NCBI GenBank assembly: GCA_937873275.1
Contig: CALMRC010000053.1
Location: 22-64,021 of the forward strand
DNA: 64,000 bases
Reading direction: 5' to 3'
From: an uncultured Spirochaetota bacterium
GTDB lineage: Bacteria; Spirochaetota; Spirochaetia; Treponematales; UBA12059
The translations under genes and the position numbers were made by a program. This document shows positions 18,038 through 28,034 of the stretch, in pieces (position 1 is the first letter of the stretch; each line of letters begins with the position of its first letter). The notes under the pieces were generated by a model. That model made no database searches. It saw nothing but the letters and a program-made list of their open reading frames with translations, and was not told the DNA's origin.

Positions 18038-18094
18038 ACGGTGGACGGTGGTCGGTAAACAGTGAAGATCCGTCCACCGACCACCGTCCACCGT
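18038..18094. terminator. 19-bp perfect inverted repeat between convergent genes, built from CGGTGRN heptads
   Basis: ACGGTGGACGGTGGTCGGT (18038-18056), a 19-nt loop, then ACCGACCACCGTCCACCGT (18076-18094). It lies between the stop at 18030 (+) and the thyX stop at 18094-18096 (-). Confidence 0.55.
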
Positions 18095-18930
18095 CACGTT
18101 TGCTTCCCCGTCCGCAGTTTCTCCTCGAAGCGTTCCGCTTCCCGGCCCGTGAGTCCCGAGGGCTCTCCCCGGGCCAGGCGGCGAAGGGCCTCCATCTCGG
18201 GACCGGAGAACCGGGTACCGGTCAGGATGTTCCGCTCGAAGGAATCCGTCGCGGCGGGAGCCACCGCCCGGGCGGCGTCCAGGAGGACCGCCGCGTAGGC
18301 CCGGATCTCCTTCTGGGCGTGGGGATCCAGCCGCAGGGCCAGGAAGCGGAAAAGGTTGTGCAGGTCGATCTGCCAGTACCACTCGGTGTAGAGGGACAGA
18401 GGGAGGTTCACCCGGGCGATCTCCCGGGCCAGTCCCCGGTCCACCAAGCCGCGGTAGGAGGCGTAGACCGCCTTCTGGTCCCGCTCCATCCCGGCGCGGA
18501 CCCCGGCGGCCTCCGGGGACGGAAGGGTCTCCTCGGACCGGCCCTGCTTGTTGTCCCGGCTCTGGAGGGCCAGGTCTCCCTCCCCGGGCAGGTAGAACTC
18601 GTCCTTCATCACGGAATACCGGCCGGAGATCTCGTTGAGCCGGGCGGTCCGGTGGCGGATCCACTGGCGGGCCACGAAGATGGGCAGCTTCACGTGGAAG
18701 GTCAGGACCACCTGCTCGAAGGGCGAGGTGTGGTCGTTGCGCAGGAGGTAGTCGATGAGGGCCGAGTCCTCCCGCACCGTCCGGGTCCCGGCCCCGTAGG
18801 ACACCCGGGCGGCCTGGACGATGCGCTCGTCTCCGCCCAGGTAGTCCACCAGGCGCACGAAGCCCTTGTCCAGGACCGGTATCTCCTTGTCCAGAAGCTC
18901 TTCCGCGGCGGGCACGATGCAGTGGGGCAT
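18094..18930 (-). CDS. thyX: FAD-dependent thymidylate synthase
   Basis: Trimmed to MPHCIVP (ATG at 18930). ThyX signature RHRTARLNEISGRY (RHR...S.RY). The longer ORF prefix is low-complexity. Confidence 0.9.
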   Translation of the reverse strand: MPHCIVPAAEELLDKEIPVLDKGFVRLVDYLGGDERIVQAARVSYGAGTRTVREDSALIDYLLRNDHTSPFEQVVLTFHVKLPIFVARQWIRHRTARLNEISGRYSVMKDEFYLPGEGDLALQSRDNKQGRSEETLPSPEAAGVRAGMERDQKAVYASYRGLVDRGLAREIARVNLPLSLYTEWYWQIDLHNLFRFLALRLDPHAQKEIRAYAAVLLDAARAVAPAATDSFERNILTGTRFSGPEMEALRRLARGEPSGLTGREAERFEEKLRTGKQT

Positions 18931-18962
18931 GGGAGGACAGTACCCTGTCGGATCCTTCCGGC

Positions 18963-19856
18963 TCAAGACCCCGGCCAGCCGGGGAAGTCCCCCCGGAAGT
19001 CCCGGATGGTGTATTTGACGCTCCCGGGTCCGTGGCAGTCGGACCCGTAGGTCAGGAACAAGCCGAGGTCCCGAGCTTCCTCGGCGGCGATCCGGTTGAT
19101 GCCCTCGGAATCGGCGTTGCCGTAATGGTAGATCTCCACGCCCCCGACGCCCAGGTCCCGCATGCGGCGCAGGAGGGACCGGAAGCCCTTCCGGTCCCGG
19201 GACAGGTCCCGGAGGCTGTCCCCGTACTCGTGGCCGGGATGGGGCAGGACGCAGAGGCCCCCGTCGGAACGCACGGTCCGGACGACCTCGGCCAACCCGG
19301 TCTTGCGGTAGGAGCCCGAGGGCAAGAGGCCCGTGTCGAACCAGGCCTTCTTGAACTCCCGGTACTCCGCGGCGGAGGACAGGACCCCCTTGTCCTTGAG
19401 GTACTCGAAGAGGTCCGTCTTGCTCAGGGAGTACTCCCCCTCCGGGCCGCACCCCTCCAGGGGACCGATCTTGAATCGGATCAGGTCCTCGTAGTCGAGA
19501 TCCTCCCGGAAGAACACCGCCGGGGCTCGGGACATCCAGAGGCGTGCCCGTTCCCGGCGCCGCTCCGACACTTCCGCCAGGAGGGCCCGGGTGCCGTCGC
19601 AGCGCCCCTCCGGAAAATAGGCCAGGATCTCGCTCCGGTACCCCGTCTCCGGGTCGGAGACGTCGATCTCCGCCGCCGGCCAGGCCGCGAGGCCGTGGCT
19701 TCCCGCGCGGTCCAGGAATTCCGGAACGCCCCCCAGGGTATCATGGTCCGTCAAGGCCGCGGCCGCGAGGCCGACGGCGGCCGCGGCGTCCGCGACGGCC
19801 GCGGGAGACAGGGTCCCGTCGGAGCGCCGGGAATGCAGGTGCAGGTTGGCCCGCAT
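18963..19856 (-). CDS. PHP-domain metal-dependent phosphoesterase (TrpH/YciV-like)
   Basis: MRANLHLHSRRSDGTLSP and ALTDHDT motifs. Confidence 0.8.
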   Translation of the reverse strand: MRANLHLHSRRSDGTLSPAAVADAAAAVGLAAAALTDHDTLGGVPEFLDRAGSHGLAAWPAAEIDVSDPETGYRSEILAYFPEGRCDGTRALLAEVSERRRERARLWMSRAPAVFFREDLDYEDLIRFKIGPLEGCGPEGEYSLSKTDLFEYLKDKGVLSSAAEYREFKKAWFDTGLLPSGSYRKTGLAEVVRTVRSDGGLCVLPHPGHEYGDSLRDLSRDRKGFRSLLRRMRDLGVGGVEIYHYGNADSEGINRIAAEEARDLGLFLTYGSDCHGPGSVKYTIRDFRGDFPGWPGS

Positions 19857-19869
19857 CCGGAAGCGGCCC

Positions 19870-21255
19870 CTAGTCTCCGGTTCCCGCCGGAGCCCCGGCC
19901 GGGGCGGAGGCGGCCCCGGGATGCACGCCCCGGGAGATCTCGTCCACGTACCGGGCGTGGGTCGGGCCGTCGATGGGATACCGGGAAAGCAGGGCGATAC
20001 CGGCCAGGAAGAGCACGGCGGGAATAAAGGAGAGGAGAAGGCGGATGCCCTCCAAGCCCGAGGCGGACTGTTCCACGTTGGGTACGTACCGGAAGGCCGA
20101 GAGGACGACGCCGATGATGAAGCTCGACAGGGCCGTACCGACCTTGAAGACGAAGGTGAAGTACCCGTACAGGGCCCCCTCGGGGCGGATCCCGGTCCTC
20201 CACTGGGAGTACTCGATGGTGTCCGCGATGAGGGACCAGGGATAGAGGTACATGGAGCCCACCCCGTATCCCGCCAGGGCGAAGAGCCCCAGGGCCAGGA
20301 TCGGGCTCCGCTCCCCCAGGTACCGGAGCAGGACGATGACGACCGCGGTTTCCGCCAGGGCCAGCATGTAGGCCCGGGCCTTGCCCAGCCTCCGGGCCGC
20401 CGCGCCCAGCAAGGGCATGAAGAGAATGGCGCTGCCCAGGAGGATTCCCAGGCCCGCGGCGGTGAGGCCCGGCGCGCGGAGGTTGTAGGTGAAGTAGTAC
20501 GGGACCGTGGCGGCCAGGATGTTCAGGGCCGTCATGGTGGCCAGGGTGGATCCCGCCAGGATCAGGAAGGGCTTGTTGACGAAGACGCTCCTCAGGTTGG
20601 CCAGGAACTCGACCTTTTCCTCGCTTCCGAAGTTCCTTTCCTCCACCCCCAGGAAGGTGACGACGTACAGGGCAGCCCCGACGGCCCCGGCGATCAGGGC
20701 GTACCGACGGTACCCGGGGATGCCCCCTCCCATGGCCTGGACGACCAGGGGGGCCGCGGCCCCCGCGATCAGGGTGCCCGCCAGGGCCAGGGACATCCTC
20801 CAGGCCGTCACGGAGGACCGCTCGTCCGTGTCCTCGGTCATCGACACCGTGAGGGCGCTGTAGGGGATGTTCACCACCGTCTGGGCCGTGCAGTAGAGGA
20901 TGAAGGTGATCCCCGCGTAGGCCACCCGGGCGGGGGCGGAGAGGTCCGGTCCCAGGAACAGCAGGAAGAAGGTGAGCCCGAAGGGCAGGGCCCCGAAGAG
21001 GATCCAGGGCCGCTTGGAGCCCCAGCGGGTCCGGGTCCGGTCCACGATGGAACCCATCATGGGATCCGAGACGGCGTCCCAGATCTTGGAGATCAGCATC
21101 ACGGTTCCCGCCGCGGCGGGCGGGATGCCGAAGGCGTCGGTAAGGAAGAAGATCAGGAACATGGTCACCGTCTGGCCCATGATGCTGTACCCGAAGTCCC
21201 CCAAGCCGTAGGAGAGTTTGGCGCGGATGCCGAGTTTGCCGTTCATGAACCGCAT
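19870..21255 (-). CDS. GPH-family (glycoside-pentoside-hexuronide) MFS cation symporter
   Basis: LSYGLGDFG and the DPMMGSIVDRTRTRWGSKRPW loop motif. 12-TM-like hydrophobicity. Confidence 0.8.
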   Translation of the reverse strand: MRFMNGKLGIRAKLSYGLGDFGYSIMGQTVTMFLIFFLTDAFGIPPAAAGTVMLISKIWDAVSDPMMGSIVDRTRTRWGSKRPWILFGALPFGLTFFLLFLGPDLSAPARVAYAGITFILYCTAQTVVNIPYSALTVSMTEDTDERSSVTAWRMSLALAGTLIAGAAAPLVVQAMGGGIPGYRRYALIAGAVGAALYVVTFLGVEERNFGSEEKVEFLANLRSVFVNKPFLILAGSTLATMTALNILAATVPYYFTYNLRAPGLTAAGLGILLGSAILFMPLLGAAARRLGKARAYMLALAETAVVIVLLRYLGERSPILALGLFALAGYGVGSMYLYPWSLIADTIEYSQWRTGIRPEGALYGYFTFVFKVGTALSSFIIGVVLSAFRYVPNVEQSASGLEGIRLLLSFIPAVLFLAGIALLSRYPIDGPTHARYVDEISRGVHPGAASAPAGAPAGTGD

Positions 21256-21287
21256 GATACACTGGAACCGGAAAGGACGCCACGGAA

Positions 21288-22640
21288 ATGAAGCTTCGCC
21301 CCTGGACTCCCGGCCCCCTCGCAGAATCCGCCGCCGGGCCGCCCCGGCCCGGGTTCCTCGGCCTCGCGGCCTTCCTGGCGCCCGCCTACCTGCGGTTCGC
21401 CCTGAAGATCCGATCCGTCCGGGTGACGGGTGCGGACATCCTCGGGCGACTGTACGACGAGTCCCGCCGCGGAGAGAGCCGGTTCCTGGTGGCCTTCCGG
21501 CACCCCGGCGACGCGGATCCCCACCTGGCCTTCTGGTTCCTGCACGTCCGCCTGCCCCGGGACCTGGGACGGCGCCGGCGGGACTTCGGGGGCCGCTTCC
21601 TCGCGGGGGCGGAGATCCCCCTCTGGGGAGGCCCCCTGGTCCGCTGGGCCCTTCGGAACGCCGGCACCGTCCCGGTCCGCCACGGGGTCCTGGACCGGGA
21701 AACCCTGGATTCCCTGGTCGCCTCGATCGCGGAGGATCCCCGTCCCGTCGCCCTGGCCCCGGAAGGCCAGGTCACCTACCATGCCGGCACGGTACAGGCC
21801 CTGGACGAGGGGGTCGCCCGGCTGGCCCTTTGGGCGTCCGATCGCCGGGCCGGGGAAGGACGGCCCCTGCCCGTCCGGATCGTCCCCCTGGCCGTGGACT
21901 ATCGGTATACCCCCCGCGCCCGGGCGCGATTGCCCTCCTTCCTGTCCCGCCTGGAGCGGAGGTGCGGACTTCCCGAGGGCCCGGGGACCGGGATCCGGGC
22001 GCGCCTGGACCGGATCTGGGAGCGCCTGGTGAGCCTGGCGGAGGAACACTACGCCCGGACCTACGGCCAGGCCCCGGCCCCGGAGGGAACCGGGATCCGG
22101 GAACGCCTGGAACGGATCCTGGAAGGATCCCTTTCCCGGCTGGAGGCGTTCTACGGCCGTTCATCCCCCGGCTCCGACCCGGGAGGCGCGGCGGGATTCA
22201 AGGCCCGGACCCTGGCCGCCCGGTCGGCGGCCATGGAGCGGGTCTTCCACCCGGGGGCCCGGTGGGAAGGCCTCTGCCCCCTGGAGCGGGGCCTGGCCCG
22301 CCGGACCGCCGCGGAGGCCTTCTTCCTGGACCGCCACCAGCAGCTCGTGGACCTGGGGGAATACCTGGATCCCGCCTACGCGGGGCCGGAGGGCTCGGAG
22401 ACTCCCCCGGACCGGCTGGTGGAGATCGCCCAGAACCTCTGGGACCTGGCCAACCGCCTGGAGGGGGGGGACATCTCCACCCGCAGCCGGGCCTTCCGGA
22501 AGGACGTGATCCTGACCGTGGGGAACCCGGTCGACGCGGGCCGGCGGGAGGGGGAGACGGGCCGAGCCGCCGCCCGCCGCGTCCTGTCGGACCTTCGGCG
22601 GGAGTTCGAGGCCCTGGCGGCGGGATCCTCCCGTCAATAG
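21288..22640 (+). CDS. PlsC-type (lysophospholipid) acyltransferase-family protein with a long C-terminal extension
   Basis: HX4D box in AFRHPGDADPH. The APEGQVT block corresponds to PEG(T/G)R. Confidence 0.6.
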   Translation: MKLRPWTPGPLAESAAGPPRPGFLGLAAFLAPAYLRFALKIRSVRVTGADILGRLYDESRRGESRFLVAFRHPGDADPHLAFWFLHVRLPRDLGRRRRDFGGRFLAGAEIPLWGGPLVRWALRNAGTVPVRHGVLDRETLDSLVASIAEDPRPVALAPEGQVTYHAGTVQALDEGVARLALWASDRRAGEGRPLPVRIVPLAVDYRYTPRARARLPSFLSRLERRCGLPEGPGTGIRARLDRIWERLVSLAEEHYARTYGQAPAPEGTGIRERLERILEGSLSRLEAFYGRSSPGSDPGGAAGFKARTLAARSAAMERVFHPGARWEGLCPLERGLARRTAAEAFFLDRHQQLVDLGEYLDPAYAGPEGSETPPDRLVEIAQNLWDLANRLEGGDISTRSRAFRKDVILTVGNPVDAGRREGETGRAAARRVLSDLRREFEALAAGSSRQ

Positions 22641-23227
22641 TACCGCCGGGAGAATTCCGCGCGCATGCGGTCGTCGATCTCCAGCCGGACCCGCCCGGGC
22701 TCCATCCGGGGGTACATCAGGGACTCCTCCCGGTAATCGTGGGGCAGGCCGAAGAGATGCCCCAGTTCATGGAGGATCAAGGTCTCCAGGCAGTAGTCCC
22801 CGGGCCCCAGGGCGGAACGGGTAGCCAGGCGCCAGGAAACGTTGATCAGGATGTCGGTCTCCTCGATCCGCGCGCCCCGGCGCCAGTTCAGGGCGAACCC
22901 GAGGCGGTCGGCCTCCAGGCGCCCCTCCCCCCGGCGCCGGCCCGAAAACGGCGGCGCGGCAACTCCCAGGGAGATCGTGTTCCTCCCGTCCCGGGCCGTC
23001 CCCCCCTCGGAATGCCCCGCAAAGCGGAGACCCGTCCCGAACTCCCGGTTCCAGATGGCCATGCAGTCCCGGATCGCGGCCTCGAAACCCGGCGGCATGT
23101 CCGGCTGGAGGTAGACGGGAATGTCCCGGTCCAGCCCGGACCGCCGGGGCAGGCAGGCGGAGAGGAGGAGGATCGCCGCCGCTTCCAGGATTCCGAGGGC
23201 TACGGCCGCGGGAAGCCGCTTCTTCAT
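22634..23227 (-). CDS. Matrixin-like (M10) zinc metalloprotease lipoprotein
   Basis: Trimmed to MKKRLPAAVALGILEAAAILLLSAC (lipobox LSAC). HELGHLFGLPHD zinc site plus SLMYP Met-turn. Confidence 0.75.
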   Translation of the reverse strand: MKKRLPAAVALGILEAAAILLLSACLPRRSGLDRDIPVYLQPDMPPGFEAAIRDCMAIWNREFGTGLRFAGHSEGGTARDGRNTISLGVAAPPFSGRRRGEGRLEADRLGFALNWRRGARIEETDILINVSWRLATRSALGPGDYCLETLILHELGHLFGLPHDYREESLMYPRMEPGRVRLEIDDRMRAEFSRRYY

Positions 23228-23353
23228 ACGGATAGAATATACCGAGCCCCGCCGGTATGGCACGTTCGGTACCGCGGAAATCCGCAAGGCGGCTCCCCGG
23301 GAACGCCGCGGCCTGCGGAGATGGCCCGGAGCCTTCGAACCGCCGGAACCCGG

Positions 23354-24067
23354 CTAGATCGTCGAGTGTATGTAGTTCACCAGGGTGATGAAGTCGAAGA
23401 CCGGAAGCCCGGTCCGCCTTCGGATCTCCGCGGCGAAGGGCGGAAGGTCCGTGCATTCGAGGACGAAGGCGCGGATGCCGGGAGTCTCCTCCAGGGCGTT
23501 CAGGGCGATCCCCACCACCTCCGCTCGGACGGCCTCCACGTCGAGATCCTCCTCCGGGGCGCTGAAGATCCTGCCCCACTGGGCGCAGGTCTCCAGGCCG
23601 CGGATATGCAGTCCCTCGGTCCTCTGGATGCCCGCCGCCGCGAGGTGTTCCGGCCGGAGGGCCGCCTTCTTGGCGGTCAGGACGCACACCTCGCCCTTCG
23701 CCCCGACGGCCTTCTGGACCAGCGGTACCTGGAGAAGGCTGGACGAGTAGACCGGAACGTCCAGGGCATCCGCGAGCTCCTTCTGGAAAATGGCGTTGAA
23801 ACCGCAGCTCGTCGTTATCGCCCGCGCTCCGTCCGCGGCCATCTCCCGGGCCGCCTCGATCATCGAGGCCAGGACGTTCCGGTCGGGATTCTCCAGGATC
23901 GTATGGATGTTGGCCCCGTTTACGTGGTAGAACCGCACCGGATACGCGTAGGAGGCCGGATTCGTGCTGTTCCCGACCAGGGCTTCCAGCTGGACCAGCC
24001 CCCTCGGGGCGCTTCCGGCCTCCCAGCAGAGTATGCCGATCCTCGGCGATTCTTGTTCGGTGCTCAT
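23354..24067 (-). CDS. Asp/Glu/hydantoin racemase-family two-Cys enzyme
   Basis: ITTSCGFNA and FVLECTDLPP place the two catalytic-type Cys residues as in PLP-independent racemases/isomerases. Confidence 0.65.
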   Translation of the reverse strand: MSTEQESPRIGILCWEAGSAPRGLVQLEALVGNSTNPASYAYPVRFYHVNGANIHTILENPDRNVLASMIEAAREMAADGARAITTSCGFNAIFQKELADALDVPVYSSSLLQVPLVQKAVGAKGEVCVLTAKKAALRPEHLAAAGIQRTEGLHIRGLETCAQWGRIFSAPEEDLDVEAVRAEVVGIALNALEETPGIRAFVLECTDLPPFAAEIRRRTGLPVFDFITLVNYIHSTI

Positions 24068-24093
24068 GTCTTCCTCGCTTGTCGGTACTTCGA

Positions 24094-25335
24094 CTATGGT
24101 TCAAGATTCCCGTCCCAGGCGGATTCGCTCCGGGACAGGGTTATGCCTCTCTTGCCGAGCTCTTCCATGAAGACCTGAAAATCGACCTCTCCCGGGCTCA
24201 CGATGCCCGTCCGCGGGAGCCTTCCGTCCAGGATCATCCGGGCGCCGATCGACGCGGGAAAGCCCACGGTCCTCTGCATGGCCGTGAACCCGGTCGTAAG
24301 GTCGCGCTTGTCGACGATCTGGTAGACCACCCGGGTCGGCCGTCCGCCCTTCAGGCCCCGTGCGTCGGTCCGGATCAGGGCGATGTCCCGCTCGCCATCC
24401 CGGTAGTGGAACTGCTCCTGGGATCCCAAGAGGGCGGCGCAGAAGGCCGTGGGGGCCACCTGGAGGTCCCCCACCGGGATGGGATCGTCCGAGAGGAACC
24501 CGCACTTGGCCAGGACGCTCCAGAACGCGGCGTGCCCCGGCCAACGGCAAATGTACCGGCCCATGCTCCGCACCGTCGACCGTATCCCGAAGAGGTCCGC
24601 GTAATGGCCGCTGTCCCCGTTCGGGAAGCACTCCAGGGGACCCCCCAGCTCGGGAAGGTCCAGGATGTGCGTGTTCCGGGGGGCGAACATCTCGTCCGCC
24701 GGGACGGTGAGGTCCCGCCCCTCCCGTATGACCTTTGCGGGACGCAGGTAGGACCGCATGACCCCGATGATGGACCAGGTGAACTTGTAGCGGATCGGAT
24801 TGTCCGCCGAGTCGGGGGCCGGGAATCCGGCTCCGTAGGAATGGAAGGCGTGGACCTCGTCCAGGTCGCTCAGCACCTTCCGCCCGAGCACCAGGTCGAT
24901 GCCGGGGTCCATGCCGAACTCCTCCAGGATCGTCCGTCCCTTGGCCTTCATCTCCGCGTCGATGGTTTCCAATTCCCGGCGCTGGGCCGCCCGGCGATCC
25001 GGATCCTGCTCGCCGGGATTCGCGAGATACATGGTGGAGACGAGGTTCACGCCCAGGTCCGCGGCCAATCGGGCGACGGACAGGGCGAACAATCCCGGAA
25101 GGAGCTCCACCACGACGTCCGCGCCCCGCATGACGGCGGCGAGTTCCTCGCGCCGGGTCGCGTCCACCCGGACGCCCTTGAGCCGGGAATCCCCCAAGGC
25201 ACGGATGGTCTCGGAGATTCCGGGATGACTGTCGGCTACCACGATCTCGGTTACGTCGGGCGCCGACAGCAGATCTGCGAGGCAGGCCTTGCCCTGCATG
25301 CCGTAGCCGAGTTGGACCACTTTCTTCCCGCTCAT
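24094..25335 (-). CDS. Saccharopine dehydrogenase (Lys9/saccharopine reductase-like, Sacchrp_dh_NADP fold) family protein
   Basis: Trimmed to MSGKKVVQLGYGMQGKA (ATG at 25335). This start overlaps the upstream stop as ATGA. The GMDPGIDL motif is typical of the family. Confidence 0.7.
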   Translation of the reverse strand: MSGKKVVQLGYGMQGKACLADLLSAPDVTEIVVADSHPGISETIRALGDSRLKGVRVDATRREELAAVMRGADVVVELLPGLFALSVARLAADLGVNLVSTMYLANPGEQDPDRRAAQRRELETIDAEMKAKGRTILEEFGMDPGIDLVLGRKVLSDLDEVHAFHSYGAGFPAPDSADNPIRYKFTWSIIGVMRSYLRPAKVIREGRDLTVPADEMFAPRNTHILDLPELGGPLECFPNGDSGHYADLFGIRSTVRSMGRYICRWPGHAAFWSVLAKCGFLSDDPIPVGDLQVAPTAFCAALLGSQEQFHYRDGERDIALIRTDARGLKGGRPTRVVYQIVDKRDLTTGFTAMQRTVGFPASIGARMILDGRLPRTGIVSPGEVDFQVFMEELGKRGITLSRSESAWDGNLEP

Positions 25336-26471
25336 AGGGAACCTCCCTGGGATGCCGCGAATTCCGGGATATCCTCCGGTTTCTTGTACGGCCGCGACTG
25401 CTTGAGCCCGGTCTCCTCCAAGGTCAATATTCCGTCGAAGCACGTGAGCCCTCGACGCAGGTGCGGATTCTCCCGAAGGGCCCGCACCGGTCCCTTGTTC
25501 GCCAACTGGAGGGCATACGGCAGCGTGGCGGACGCGAGGGCTTCGGTGGCGGTGCACGCGAAGGCGGAGGGGATGTTGTCCACGCAATAATGGAGGATGC
25601 CCTCCTCTCGGTACGTCGGGACGTCGTGGGAAGTGGATCGGCAAGTCTCGATGGCCCCGGCTTCGTCGCAAGCCACGTCCACGATGAGGGCGGAGGGTTT
25701 CATGAGCCGGAGCATCTCCCGGGTCACCAGGTGATCCTTCCTCGCCTTGGGCCACAGAATGCAGTTGACCAGGACGTCGGACCGCTCGAGACAGCGGAGC
25801 AGGTTCTGACGGTTCGAGTAGAGTAGCTCCACGTTCCCGGGAAGGCGGTACTTGACGGCCTCCAAGCGCTCGACCGAGACGTCCAGGATCGTCACCCGGT
25901 TTCCCAGGGCCGCGGCGAGTTCCGCGGCGCCGAAGCCCGCGTTCCCCGCGCCGATGACGGCGATCTCGGGGGTCCGGATCCCGCTGACCCGGGTCAGCAT
26001 CAAGCCGGCACCCCCGTGAATGCTCTGCATGTATTGGCAGGCCATCAGGAATCCGCCCTTGCCGGCCAGCTCGCTCATGGGCCGGAGCAAGGGGAAGGCC
26101 CCGCTGTCGTCCGTGATGTCCTCGTAGGCGATGCCCGTGCATCCGGACTCCAATAGGGCGTCCGTCATCTCCCGGTGGGCGTTGGAATGGAGATACGTGA
26201 AGACGGTCATATCCTTCCGGAGATCCGGATATTCGGGCGGAAGGATCTCCTTGACCTTGTACAGGAGCTCACACTCCCGAAAAACCGTATCCCGGTCGGA
26301 GAGCACCGCCCCGGCTCGTTCGAAGTCCCCGTCGGGGATGGAACTGCCGGAACCCGCCCCCCGCTCGACCAGGATCCGGTGCCCGCATCGGACCAGTTCC
26401 GAGACGGTTCCCGGCGTCGCGGCGCAGCGATATTCGTTGTTCTTGATTTCCTTGGGTATGCCGATGACCAT
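25332..26471 (-). CDS. Alanine dehydrogenase/PNT-fold dehydrogenase (AlaDH or Lys1/LKR-like)
   Basis: MVIGIPKEIKNNEYRCAATP. VIGAGNAGFGAAELAAALG Rossmann motif. Confidence 0.75.
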   Translation of the reverse strand: MVIGIPKEIKNNEYRCAATPGTVSELVRCGHRILVERGAGSGSSIPDGDFERAGAVLSDRDTVFRECELLYKVKEILPPEYPDLRKDMTVFTYLHSNAHREMTDALLESGCTGIAYEDITDDSGAFPLLRPMSELAGKGGFLMACQYMQSIHGGAGLMLTRVSGIRTPEIAVIGAGNAGFGAAELAAALGNRVTILDVSVERLEAVKYRLPGNVELLYSNRQNLLRCLERSDVLVNCILWPKARKDHLVTREMLRLMKPSALIVDVACDEAGAIETCRSTSHDVPTYREEGILHYCVDNIPSAFACTATEALASATLPYALQLANKGPVRALRENPHLRRGLTCFDGILTLEETGLKQSRPYKKPEDIPEFAASQGGSL

Positions 26472-26592
26472 GAACCTTCCTCCCGTCGGGCATGCTCGAA
26501 CCGGGAAACCGGGCGGATTCGTCCGCCGGCTCCCCGGAAGAGTCTCAAGTCCGGGCTCGGGCCGGGGACACCCCCGACCCGCCCGGCCCGGA

Positions 26593-28011
26593 TCAGACGG
26601 CCACGATCCCGAGGATCCCGAAGATGACGATGGAGATCGCCGCGGCGGTCAAGGCGTAGGGCAACTGCGTGCTGACATGGTCCATGTGGTCCGATCCCGC
26701 GCCGAAGGAGGACAGGCAGGTCGTGTCGGAAACCGGGGAGCAGTGGTCGCCGAAGCAGCCTCCGCCGACGATCGCGCCGATGCTGGCCAGGACCAGCGGG
26801 GAAACCGTGTTCCCCGACAGCTGCATGGCCAGGGGCATCACGAAGGGGGTCAGGATCGCGTAGGTCCCCCAGGACGTGCCGGTGAAGAAGGAGATCAGGG
26901 CGCCCGCCAGGAAGGTAGCCAGGGGGAGCATGGCGGGGGTCATCCAGGTCTTGGCCATCTCGAAGATGAACTTCTGGGCGCCCAGGGCCTTGGAGATGTC
27001 GTTGATGCAGTAGGCCAGGGCCAGGATCATGATGGCCGGCATGACGGCCTTGATCCCCCGGGTGGCCGTGTCCATGAAGTCCTTGACGCTCTTGAAATAC
27101 CCGCCGATCGCGAGCGCGACGGCCTGGTACATGACGGCCGCGAAGAAGGCCTCCAGGGTCTTGGTGCTCTTCAGGACGATGAAGGTGCCCAGGGCGATCC
27201 CGATGACGATCAGGACCGGGATGAGGAGGTAGACGACCAGGTTCGGCGTCTTGCCCTCCGCCGCGGTGATCTGGTCCATCTCGATCCCGGACAGGGGGGT
27301 CCCGCCGTCCCGGATGACCTTGCCTTCCTTCAGCGCGCGCTCCTCGGCCTTCTTCATGGGCCCGAAATTCGGGATGATCTGGTAGGCGATGAGCCCGGCG
27401 AGGACGACGGCGAGGATTCCGTAGAAATTGTAGGGTATGGACCGGACGAAGGTGTTCATCCCCTGCTCGGCGGTCTGGATCGGTCCGTATCCCTTGAGCA
27501 GTCCGGCGATGTACACCGCCCAGGCGGACAGGGGGATGATCGTGCACACCGGGGCGCTCCCGGAGTCCAGTTCGTAGGCCAGCATTTCCCGGGAAACCTT
27601 GTGCTTGTCCGTGAGGGGGCGGGCGATGGGGCCGCTGAAGAGGGGGGAGAAGTAATCGCTGAAGAAGATGAGGACGCCCATCACCCAGCCGATTCCCGAA
27701 GCCTGACGCCGCGTCTTGATCCGCTTGGAAGCTACTTCCGCGAAGGCGGATATCACCCCGGCCTTGAAATAGAACGCTATCATGATCCCGATCGCGATCT
27801 CGATCATCACGACCCAGATGAAGTCCGCGTTCCCGAGCGCGTGCTGGAAGAGTTTCGACAGGCCCGTCGCCGGGTCGAAGCCCGCGATCATCACGCCCGT
27901 GATGCAGCCGATGATGAGCGAGATGATGGCATCCTTCGTCCAGAATGCCAGGACCAGGGTCAGCACGACCGGCAACAGAGAAATGATCCCTTTCGCCGCG
28001 ATGTCTCCCAT
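26593..28011 (-). CDS. NhaC-family Na+/H+ antiporter-like transporter
   Basis: 472 aa and polytopic. The segments FFSDYFSPLFSGPIARPLTDK and GGCFGDHCSPVSDTT are typical of NhaC-family carriers. Confidence 0.75.
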   Translation of the reverse strand: MGDIAAKGIISLLPVVLTLVLAFWTKDAIISLIIGCITGVMIAGFDPATGLSKLFQHALGNADFIWVVMIEIAIGIMIAFYFKAGVISAFAEVASKRIKTRRQASGIGWVMGVLIFFSDYFSPLFSGPIARPLTDKHKVSREMLAYELDSGSAPVCTIIPLSAWAVYIAGLLKGYGPIQTAEQGMNTFVRSIPYNFYGILAVVLAGLIAYQIIPNFGPMKKAEERALKEGKVIRDGGTPLSGIEMDQITAAEGKTPNLVVYLLIPVLIVIGIALGTFIVLKSTKTLEAFFAAVMYQAVALAIGGYFKSVKDFMDTATRGIKAVMPAIMILALAYCINDISKALGAQKFIFEMAKTWMTPAMLPLATFLAGALISFFTGTSWGTYAILTPFVMPLAMQLSGNTVSPLVLASIGAIVGGGCFGDHCSPVSDTTCLSSFGAGSDHMDHVSTQLPYALTAAAISIVIFGILGIVAV

Positions 28012-28034
28012 AGTTCTCGTCCTCCTTAGGGGAT

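Noticed and set aside
23256-23271. TGGCACGTTCGGTACC as a sigma54 promoter, and GGCAC...TTGC at 62885-62903
   Set aside because: The first lacks the -12 TTGC/GC element and has no downstream gene in that orientation. In the second the GG and GC elements are about 16 nt apart instead of about 11.
21218-24178. 986-aa plus-strand ORF, together with the similar giants at 7435-9636, 28718-31099, 33104-35263, 50479-52746, 26131-28029 and 26207-28042
   Set aside because: All have Arg/Gly/Pro/His-rich nonsense composition. All overlap genes with strong family signatures on the other strand or in another frame. None has a credible RBS or start context.
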